Positions 6,899-15,500 of a stretch of DNA of 32,000 nucleotides are shown here, one piece after another. The DNA comes from Candidatus Hydrogenedentota bacterium (lineage in GTDB: Bacteria; Hydrogenedentota; Hydrogenedentia; Hydrogenedentales; SLHB01): NCBI GenBank assembly GCA_045863335.1, contig BTVY01000036.1:39152-71151 (forward strand), written 5' to 3'. The first letter of the stretch is position 1; the number at the start of each line of letters is the position of its first letter. The notes beneath the pieces were generated by a model. The model was given only the letters and a program-made list of their open reading frames with translations. It was not told where the DNA came from and searched no databases. The position numbers were made by a program, and so were the translations under genes.

Positions 6899-9421
6899 AT
6901 GGGCGTGAAGAAGATCGCAGTGCTTGGTGATGTCTGCGCGGACGTTCTGGAGGTATCAACGCCCTCCCGCAAACGGACGCTGAGCGAAACGGTATCGAAC
7001 TGGCGTCTCTATCCGGAAACATACCTCCACATGCTCCCCGGTGGCGCGTTGTTGCTGGCGGAGTTCATTCAAGCAGCGTGTGACGGTGAGGTTGTCGGCT
7101 TGGACGGTGTCGACCTCGACAAGCCTCAGCACGACCGTATCCTCCAATCCCACCTGAAACTCGGCACCTTCCCAAAGACTCTCGGCAGCAAAGAAACCAC
7201 GTTGCGGCTTCGACGGTACGCGGGATTCTCCGGCTCCGAAAATGCGCCACTGCTACCGTGTATCGCAAGCGCTAAGGACGTCTCGCTCCTCGTGCTGGAC
7301 GATCCGGGCAATGGATTCCGGTACGAGCCGTCTGCATGGCAAGCTGCCTTACGCACTTTGCCGAAAAGATCCCCGATTATCCTCAACATGTGCCGTCCAC
7401 TCATGAAGGGGCAATTGTGGGACTACCTTGCCAAGTCGTACCGCGACAATCTGCTGCTCGTCTTGAGCGCGGACGATCTACGGACGGTAGGCGTGCAGAT
7501 CAGCAAGCGCCTATCCTGGGAGCGTACGTCGAAAGATCTCGTTTGGCAGCTGGAGAACAACGTATTGCTTCGTCCGCTTCGTCGATGCGGTCATGTGATT
7601 GTGCGATTTGGCATTGACGCCGCCATATACACGCGAAACACAGGAAAGACGTCGCTGTCCCAACTGTGTTTTGATCCGTCCTCCGTGGAAGACGGCTTTG
7701 CGGAAACAATGCCCGGCACCATGCCGGGATTGACCTATGCCTTGGTCGCATCGCTCGCCGCTGCGATAGACCGGACCGGCAATTTCGAGGAACTGACAAG
7801 CGGAATTCACGCCGGAATTCGTAGTGCGCGCGCTTTGCTCCGTACCGGATTCAAAGTCGAGAACGCGGCCCCCCGTTATCCCATTCCGGAGATCTTTTCA
7901 CCAACCGACTCGGACAAAACCCGTCTCGGTTGTGTCGAAATCAGTCTTACCAAGTCCGGAAAGGATGCCGATCCGGGGTTCTGGCGGATACTGGACCAAC
8001 TCAGCGAAAAACGATTGGAGGAAATGGCCTTCCGAATCGTTCGCCAAGGCGTGGAGAGGTCGCTCGGCGAGGTACCGTCCGGCCGGTTCCGCCATCTTCA
8101 TACGGTCGACCGGGCCGAGATTGAGCACTTTCGCGCGATTCAGAATCTGATGCGGGAGTATGTAAGCCGCGAAAAAACCAAGCGCCCTCTTTGCATTGCG
8201 GTATTTGGGCCTCCCGGTGCTGGGAAGTCTTTTGGGGTCGCGGAAGTCGCAGAAACGGTGGCACCGGGCAAGGTCCGAATGATCGAGTTCAATGTCTCTC
8301 AATTCGATTCCCCGGACGATCTCATCGACGCGCTGCACAAAGTCCGAGATTCCGTTCTCGAAGGGCAAATTCCGTTAGTGTTCTTCGACGAGTTCGATTC
8401 CGGCTACGGCGGAAAACTGGGGTGGCTGAAGTACTTCCTCGCGCCCATGCAAGACGGTAAGTTCAGGGACGGCGAATCGATTCACCCCATTGGCAAATCC
8501 ATCTTCGTGTTCGCCGGAGGCACTCGCGACTCGTTCGAGGCATTCTCCGCGGATGGGGTCCCAGGAACGGCCGAAAGTGCGGGGTGGTTCCGCGATGCTA
8601 AAGGTACCGACTTCGTGAGCCGCCTGCGCGGTTTCGTGGACGTGCTCGGCCCAAATCCGCGCGACGAGAAGGATAAGGTGTTTATCGTTCGACGCGCCAT
8701 GTTGCTTCGATCCCTCTTGGAACGCCTCACACCCCAGTTGGTCGACGACGAAGATTATGCGCGTGTTGATCCGGGCGTGCTGCGCGCACTCATCCACGTG
8801 CCAGATTACCGCCACGGCATACGCTCCATGGAAGCGATACTGGATATGAGTTCCTTGTCGAACGCCCTGTCCTTCGAGCAGGCGGCGCTTCCTCCAGCAA
8901 ACCAACTACGACTCCATGTGGACCCGGAGATCTTCGAACGATTGGTACTTCAGGACGCTTCGTTTGGCGCCGTCCGGGAGCAGCTCGCACAGGCAATTCA
9001 TGAACGCTTTGTCCGAGATCAGGCCGGAAACCGGCCACAGAGTGACGAGGCCATGCAACCGTGGGATGAATTGCTGGAGACCTACAAGGAAGCCAACCGG
9101 CGCCAAGCGGACCACATCCCGGAGAAGCTGAAAGCCATTTCCTGCAGTTTCACTCCTTTCACTCAACAACCAGTTTCCCCCATTAACTTCTCGAAAAAAG
9201 AGATCGAGATAATGGCGCGAATGGAACACGACCGGTGGGTACGAGAACGCCTGGAGGAAGGGTATACCCCAGGTCCCAGAAATCCGATCAAGAAAACCAG
9301 TCCATATTTGGGATCGTGGGAGACACTGGACGACAAGGTGAAGGAATTTGATCGCAATACAGTTCGGGCCATTCCGGATCTGATGACCAGCGTAGGTTTC
9401 CGGATCTATCGGTTGAGCTGA
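6899..9421 (+). CDS. Three-domain protein: ribokinase/PfkB-like N-domain, classical AAA+ ATPase, C-terminal RyR domain
   Basis: ATG at 6899 (GGTGGGGA RBS) inside track ORF 6878..9421. The N-domain has KIAVLGDVCADV, GGALLLAEFI, LLLVLSADDLRTVG and GHVIVRFGIDAAIY in PfkB-like order, but the GAGD anion-hole position reads PGTMPGLTYAL. AAA+ motifs: IAVFGPPGAGKSFG, PLVFFDEFD, IFVFAGGT, DFVSRLRGFVDV. C-terminus: NRRQADHIPEKLKA .. ARMEHDRWVRERLEEGYTPG..TSPYLGSWETLDDKVKEFDRNTVRAIPDL, a bacterial RyR-domain pattern. Confidence 0.7.
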   Translation: MGVKKIAVLGDVCADVLEVSTPSRKRTLSETVSNWRLYPETYLHMLPGGALLLAEFIQAACDGEVVGLDGVDLDKPQHDRILQSHLKLGTFPKTLGSKETTLRLRRYAGFSGSENAPLLPCIASAKDVSLLVLDDPGNGFRYEPSAWQAALRTLPKRSPIILNMCRPLMKGQLWDYLAKSYRDNLLLVLSADDLRTVGVQISKRLSWERTSKDLVWQLENNVLLRPLRRCGHVIVRFGIDAAIYTRNTGKTSLSQLCFDPSSVEDGFAETMPGTMPGLTYALVASLAAAIDRTGNFEELTSGIHAGIRSARALLRTGFKVENAAPRYPIPEIFSPTDSDKTRLGCVEISLTKSGKDADPGFWRILDQLSEKRLEEMAFRIVRQGVERSLGEVPSGRFRHLHTVDRAEIEHFRAIQNLMREYVSREKTKRPLCIAVFGPPGAGKSFGVAEVAETVAPGKVRMIEFNVSQFDSPDDLIDALHKVRDSVLEGQIPLVFFDEFDSGYGGKLGWLKYFLAPMQDGKFRDGESIHPIGKSIFVFAGGTRDSFEAFSADGVPGTAESAGWFRDAKGTDFVSRLRGFVDVLGPNPRDEKDKVFIVRRAMLLRSLLERLTPQLVDDEDYARVDPGVLRALIHVPDYRHGIRSMEAILDMSSLSNALSFEQAALPPANQLRLHVDPEIFERLVLQDASFGAVREQLAQAIHERFVRDQAGNRPQSDEAMQPWDELLETYKEANRRQADHIPEKLKAISCSFTPFTQQPVSPINFSKKEIEIMARMEHDRWVRERLEEGYTPGPRNPIKKTSPYLGSWETLDDKVKEFDRNTVRAIPDLMTSVGFRIYRLS

Positions 9422-9428
9422 TCTGCAA

Positions 9429-11150
9429 TCAGGATTGCTGCATTCCCGCCACTACCAACCGCGGTATGTTACGGACCGCGCTCCGATCGTACTCCTTGAT
9501 GGCGTCCGGCAGTTCGTCATAGGGAACGAGATACGGTGTTTGCCGCCGGCCCACGTCTTTTTCTCCCAACGTCCAACCCGCCAGAAACCGCTCCGCGTTC
9601 CAGCGTGCGTGCTCCATACGCGCAAGTGTTTCCACCCGATCCTCGGGAATCTCCGGCGTCTCCTCCAGTTCCGCGATTGTTCGCACGCGGTACCCCAATG
9701 CGCGAAGCTTCACGGGGATGTGGTCGGCCTGTTGCCGATTGGAGTCCTTGAATTCCGGCGACAACCGATCCCAATCTTCTGTTGATGGACTCTTCTGGCC
9801 GCCGCGCTCCCGCTGTTTGGCCACGTAGTCCTCGTGGATCAGGCGGGCCAGCTTGTCCAGCCCGTCACCCTCCACCATTTCCCAAGAACACGACGAACGC
9901 ATCGATCCGAAGCAGTACATGTTCTGCCCATTCGTGGACGGGGAGAACAAAGCCGCGAGCCCGGAATCCTGGTTTATCCGCACGAACACCGGTACGCTGT
10001 CTCGTTCGACATGACGGCGCACGCTCAGTGCGTACTGCGCGTTTCGCGAATCGTTGTCAAAGCAGATGGCAACACTGCAGATTTCGGCGGGGTCCTGCGC
10101 GATCTCGGCGATACGGCGAAGCGTAAGTGAATCGTCGCATTCGGCGTGGACAAACTCGATATCGCAGACATTGTCCAGCTGGGGGTACCTGACATATAGC
10201 CCCCGCCTTCTCGCCTCCGCCGAATGGTCGACAACCGTGACAGCCAGCCGTTTCCCGTTGGCAACGTGGCCGATCTTTGCTGCTTGAATGAGTAGACTCT
10301 CACCCATCTGCCCCAAACCAAATAAAACCAATCGGATTCGCCGGGGGTCATCCGGGCCAATGTATTCGCGATCCAGGGGATGATCGCGCAATAGAAGGCG
10401 TGAAGCGTTTTCGTAGGAGTTGAAGACCGACACGTTGAACTTCTGTCCGGTCTCGCGGAGCATCGGGTGATCTTTGAACAAAGCCGCAAACGTGAAGTCC
10501 ATCACCTGGACTAGACAACAAAGACGGTGACGGTTGGCGTGCGTTTGGCTCTCATCGAGTATTTCCTTCGTGCGAAGCGCGATCTCGATATTGACCCCGT
10601 CGTTTCCGCAAACCGCTATGGCCGTGCGCGCCCGTTCCACATGCGCCCGGCGAAGGATCGCCTGATGCGTTGCGTCTCCCGTCACCAAGAGAATCCCGGA
10701 GTCCCGCGCGACCGTAAGGCCATCGGCATGAGGATTGGATTCGATGATCGCCACTTTGTGCCCCCGGCTTCTGCATTCCTCCGCCAACTGCAAGCCCCTG
10801 CGCCCGAGTCCGCAGATCACCACATGATTCCGGGCGAGCGCGAGTTGAAGTCCACGCCAGCGATTCCGGATGAATTCAACGAAGATCCGCAGAACCGCCG
10901 ACGCCGCAGTCAACGGCGCAAGAATCCGCGCCACTTCCAGTTGCCACGGAACCGGACCTTCCACGCCTCCGGATTCCATGGTAAAGAGCTGCCAGTCCAG
11001 GTAAACGACATCAAGCACGGTGAGGTTGTATCCCTTCAATTCACCGTGCCGGACAAATCCAACATATCCGAGTACCAACGAGGCTGCTGCAGCGACCGCG
11101 ATCACAATCCATCCACGGCTGACCCTCCACAGGCTTCGAAGTAGATTCAT
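9429..11150 (-). CDS. Membrane protein: 2 TM helices, two TrkA-N/RCK-type Rossmann domains, C-terminal RyR domain
   Basis: Probable start is ATG at 11150 (MNLLRSLWRVSRGWIVIAVAAAASLVLGYVGF; GGTGGAG RBS). The 96 upstream codons of track ORF 9429..11438 are Arg-rich nonsense. The second hydrophobic segment is LEVARILAPLTAASAVLRIFV. Rossmann motifs: HVVICGLGRRGLQLAEE..KVAIIE and IRLVLFGLGQMGESL. C-terminus: NRQQADHIPVKLRA .. ARMEHARWNAERFLAGWTLG..QTPYLVPYDELPDAIKEYDRSAVRNIPRL. Confidence 0.75.
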   Translation of the reverse strand: MNLLRSLWRVSRGWIVIAVAAAASLVLGYVGFVRHGELKGYNLTVLDVVYLDWQLFTMESGGVEGPVPWQLEVARILAPLTAASAVLRIFVEFIRNRWRGLQLALARNHVVICGLGRRGLQLAEECRSRGHKVAIIESNPHADGLTVARDSGILLVTGDATHQAILRRAHVERARTAIAVCGNDGVNIEIALRTKEILDESQTHANRHRLCCLVQVMDFTFAALFKDHPMLRETGQKFNVSVFNSYENASRLLLRDHPLDREYIGPDDPRRIRLVLFGLGQMGESLLIQAAKIGHVANGKRLAVTVVDHSAEARRRGLYVRYPQLDNVCDIEFVHAECDDSLTLRRIAEIAQDPAEICSVAICFDNDSRNAQYALSVRRHVERDSVPVFVRINQDSGLAALFSPSTNGQNMYCFGSMRSSCSWEMVEGDGLDKLARLIHEDYVAKQRERGGQKSPSTEDWDRLSPEFKDSNRQQADHIPVKLRALGYRVRTIAELEETPEIPEDRVETLARMEHARWNAERFLAGWTLGEKDVGRRQTPYLVPYDELPDAIKEYDRSAVRNIPRLVVAGMQQS

Positions 11151-11363
11151 GACACAACTCCACCGTGATGCCCTGAGCATCATTTCCCCGATTTCCCCTG
11201 ATGCGCCAATCTCGCGTGTGGCCACGGGACTATACCATAGACCAGCATTCGCTACAGTCCCGTCTCTTCGACGGTTCCTGGCCCGGCCAATTCCAAACTT
11301 TCGACGATTCGGCAGCGAATCAGATGCCGTATTGATTCTGCTGCGTCTTTGCCGTACCTCGCG

Positions 11364-11369
11364 TATAAT
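11364..11369 (+). promoter_or_regulatory. Candidate -10 box (TATAAT) for the lipoprotein gene
   Basis: Perfect TATAAT 86 nt upstream of the ATG at 11456. There is no convincing -35. Confidence 0.25.
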
Positions 11370-11455
11370 GCCTCTGGGCACGAACGAAGCTGGGGCTAGG
11401 GCCGCTCCCCGTACCGGGGTGCGCGGGTCAGACGTCAATGCTTGGGGGATCCGTC

Positions 11456-12460
11456 ATGCGGAAACTCTCGGAATACGTACTTGGCAGGGAACTACAGTTC
11501 GGTACCGTTTCATCCAGGACACGGCTGCAGCGCTTTCGATCTGTTGCCGGCCGATTCTTGCTCGCTCTCGCAGCCACGAGCATACTGAGTTGCGCACCTG
11601 CCAGCGATGGTTACTCGGTGAGTCAACTCCAAACCAGCGCCGGAACCGAATACCGCATGGAGTGGACGGAAGACGGCGAAACGCGCCACTTCATGACCCT
11701 GATCGAATCCGGTGGCGCCTTGGCGCTACGCCCCCACCCCGGGGTCGACCCGAATGGCTGGGGATCGAGTTGGTACCCGCAGCCCTTCCTGGCGGGGGCG
11801 GTGCTCAGTCACAGTGGCGTGGACTCGGCCATCGCAACAGCGGACGGAATTGAAGTTGCTCTATCCGGAGACGTATCAAGCGACGCCAACGGCACCTACG
11901 GCGCATGGTCGCTCGACATGGTCTTTACCTACGACGCGGTCGCAAAGAAGGTAGCAGGGGACGGCGTACTTTCCATCGCGCTGGATGGACCGATCGGTGC
12001 CGGTACCGGCGATTTGAATCTTTACAGAATCGCGTCGAACTACCTGGACGACGTCCCCTTGCTCAGCGGCGGCATGGGCGATACCGGGGATATGGACTAC
12101 GCGGCGGTCGTCGCCAACGGCTTCAACTTCGACTGGTACCCGCCAATCCAACCGGCCCACTTCCCCTCGGACATGACCGACACCCTTTCCATTGACGTCA
12201 AAGGCCAATACAACGAGGTCGATTCCGCCACGCAGGGCCACGCGCCAATTGCTGCCGCCTATAAGCCCTCATTGAAAGTCGTGCTGAGCACGGACCAGTC
12301 GATCCTCACCTTCGGCGGGTTCTACGACACAAGCGTCGCACAAGACTTCTGGGAAGACAACGTCGGCATCACACCGCTCCTGCGCGTCGGCACAGGTGGA
12401 ACCAATTTCGATTTCGACGTGGACTTCGAATCGATCGCCCTGGCAGGCGACGGGGCGTGA
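11456..12460 (+). CDS. Putative secreted lipoprotein, function unknown
   Basis: ATG at 11456 (GGGGGA RBS) is preferred over 11438. Hydrophobic stretch FLLALAATSILSC with a lipobox-like L-S-C. The mature part is Gly/Asp/Ser-rich and beta-rich looking. No family recognised. Confidence 0.55.
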   Translation: MRKLSEYVLGRELQFGTVSSRTRLQRFRSVAGRFLLALAATSILSCAPASDGYSVSQLQTSAGTEYRMEWTEDGETRHFMTLIESGGALALRPHPGVDPNGWGSSWYPQPFLAGAVLSHSGVDSAIATADGIEVALSGDVSSDANGTYGAWSLDMVFTYDAVAKKVAGDGVLSIALDGPIGAGTGDLNLYRIASNYLDDVPLLSGGMGDTGDMDYAAVVANGFNFDWYPPIQPAHFPSDMTDTLSIDVKGQYNEVDSATQGHAPIAAAYKPSLKVVLSTDQSILTFGGFYDTSVAQDFWEDNVGITPLLRVGTGGTNFDFDVDFESIALAGDGA

Positions 12461-12598
12461 TTAGCTATGATCGAAATACAGGCTGCAGACGAGTGGGTCT
12501 TGGCCTTCGAGGGATCTGTTGCTGTGCTCAATCGAGCGATTCGGTGGGGATGACGTGATCGACCAGCTTACTTGCCCGCAAGTGGACTCCAGGAAAGG

Positions 12599-15500
12599 AT
12601 GACCGAGGTGAAACCCCGCGTTGCCATGATCAGCAGTACGATGCTTGACCTCCCAAATCATCGCAAGAAAGTTAAGGACGCATGCCTAAGTCGCAATATA
12701 CTTCCTATGATGATGGAGAACCTTCCGTCCAGTGATGTCGAAGCGGTTCAGGTGTCTCAAGAGATGGTTGAGCAAGCCAACGTATACATCGGTGTATTCG
12801 CGCACCGTTACGGTCACGTCCCAGATGGATACGACGTTTCAATTACCGAGTTGGAGTTTGATCGCGCACTCGAGCGGAAGATTCCTATCCTGGTTTTTAT
12901 TATGCACGAGAAATACCGGATCCTCCCCGGTACGGTTGAATCGGGTGCAAAGTCCAAACTCGATTCACTGAAGAAACGCGCCTGTGATGGCCGAGTCTGC
13001 AGAACATTCAAGTCGCCCGAGAGCCTAAAAGCAGAGGTCATCAACGCTCTCGCGGACTTGGAACGGAGGGAGACGACGGCAGGACTGCCAATAGCATCCG
13101 AGTGTTATCCCTTCGAGTTGCTATCGCCCGATTGCCGACTGGTACGAGCGCCTGACTCATCGCCAGACAATCCTTTTCCTTCTTGGCAAGAGTACGTCGA
13201 GCAAAAGGTCCCCAAACTGAAAGCAGATGAAATCATACAGGAGCGTCTGAGGTTGCACGGTTGGGCGTCTGTCCTGGATGCCGCCTCTGTTGGAAAGACT
13301 ACGTTGTCGCTTCGGTTAGCGAGCGCTCCCGAGCGGCGGGATAACCCATCCTACTATTTCGACCTTGCCTCCATCGCGGCAATGGACGAGGGCTCTTATC
13401 CGTTGGCTGCATTACGACGGCTTGCCCAACCGGGAACATTCCTAATTCTTGACAATATCCATCATCAGCCAGAACTTGCGCGCGAGCTCTGGACCCTATG
13501 GCGTGCACTAGCTAAGGGAAGCCAATTGCTATTGTTGGCTACGGACATTTTTCGTCCGGTTTTGACCGCGCCCGTCCAGGACCTTGCTTTCTTCAAGAGT
13601 CATTCGGAAAACCCGTCCATAGCACTCCGTCCAGAACCTGAAGACCTATGGCACATTGTCCAGTATCTGCACGAACGGTTGGCCGGAAAAAGTCATGGCG
13701 CATTGCCCAATCCACCCGCGCATGTTCTTACTCGATGGCATCGCGACTTCAGGTGTGCTCTCGGCGCTTTTTGCATCTGGGCCATTGCCGGAATGAGCGA
13801 ATTCAGGCAAGGGTGCTGGAACGTGTCTTTGGAAGCTACCGCTGAATGGGTGCGGAGAAAGTGGCTCAGTGGACTACCCAAATTAGAACGGGAGAACCTC
13901 GAATGCCTCGCGGTATTCGGCGCACAGGAATTTGAGATACAGGTGCCAAGTAACGCGCTGCCTCATCCCCGCAAGTTGGAAAAGCTATTCGCGCGCGATT
14001 TGGTATCGCGCACCCAACGGGGCGGACTCAACCCGTACAACAGCTACGCCCTGCGTGAACCAAGCTGGGGCCAATTGATTATTGCCGCACTCGACGCGCC
14101 GCCTGATGAAGAAGCTGTAATCTTTGACGCGGCGTTACGCGACCCGATCACTGCGTCGATTTTAACTTCGCGGTTGCGGAGCTTGGGCCGTATAGAGTAC
14201 ACAGCGCGTTTGTGGGAACATTTAGCAAAGCAGCCAATTCTCTTCGCGACTCGGGCGACAAAGGTCAAGCTCGAACTCTGGATCCACTTGCTTCGTGCGG
14301 CAAGGGATCAGGATAAAGCGGAACTTGCCGAGCGGCTATGGAACGCATGGGAATCCGAGCCAGAAGCGCTGCTTAAACGAGCTTGGGAGGCGCAACTACA
14401 TTCCTTAGCAGCCTTCGTCGATTCGGCGGAGAAACACGGGCGCGAAACACTCGCCACATTGCTATGGGAGAAGCTGGAGGAGCGTCGTGACGAGTTGTGT
14501 GAACGAGCCATGGAAACCTCACTTGAACAATCAGCGATCTTCCTGGCGATGGCCCGGAAACACGGACACGCAACACTCGCCGTGGCGTTGTGGGACGCGG
14601 TGGAGAAACAGCCCAACGAACTGGCGAAACGAGCCGTGGAAACCTCCCTTGCGTCTACGGCTCGCTTCCTGGCGACGGCCATGGCGCATGAGCGCTTCAC
14701 ACTGGTCGCAACATTGTGGGACAAGCTGGAGGAGTTGGAGAAGGACGACGATGAATTGTCCAAACGAGTCATGGAATCCCCCCTCGACGCTACGGCTCGC
14801 TTCCTGGCGACGGCCATGGCGCATGAGCGCTTCACACTGGTCGCAACATTGTGGGACAAGCTGGAGGAGTTGGAGAAGGACGACGATGAATTGTCCAAAC
14901 GAGTCATGGAATCCCCCCTCGACGCTGCGGCTCACTTCCTGGCGATGGTCGCGAAAGGACGCGCAACACTGGCTACAACGTTGTGGGACAAGTTGGAGAA
15001 ACAGCCCGACGCGTTGGCGCAAAGAGCCTTGGAAACTTCGCTGGAAAAGTTGGCTGGTTTCCTGGCGACGGCCAAAGATCAAGAACGCGCAACCTTGGTC
15101 GCAACGTTGTGGAACAAACTGGAGAAACATGCCGATGCGTTGGCTGATCGAGCTTTGGAAATTTCTCTCGAACATCTGGCCTATTTCCTGGCGACGGCTA
15201 GGAACCACGAGCGCGCAACACTGGTCGAAACGTTGTGGGACAAGCTGGAGAAACAGCCCGACGCGTTGGCGCAAAGAGCCTTGGAAACTTCGCTGGAAAA
15301 GTTGGCTGGTTTCCTGGCGACGGCCAAAGATCAAGAACGCGCAACCTTGGTCGAAACGTTGTGCCGGAGTCTGGAGGAGCAACCAGCAAAACTTGCAAGC
15401 AGAGCAAGAGAAATGAATACCGCCAGTCTCGCGGGATTCCTTATCAATGCGCCGGAGACTCTTGCAAAGTGCGCTATCACAGGATTCACACAAGCCGATT

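Noticed and set aside
9425-9438. GCAATC-ag-GATTGC palindrome as an intrinsic terminator
   Set aside because: A 2-nt loop is sterically too tight and there is no U-tract. It is kept only as a note in the convergent-gene finding.
11151-11438. 96-codon N-terminal extension of the TrkA-RyR ORF; also plus ORF 11020..11853
   Set aside because: The extension is Arg-rich and unstructured. A good RBS plus ATG at 11150 immediately precedes the first TM helix. The plus ORF spans an intergenic region and has nonsense composition.
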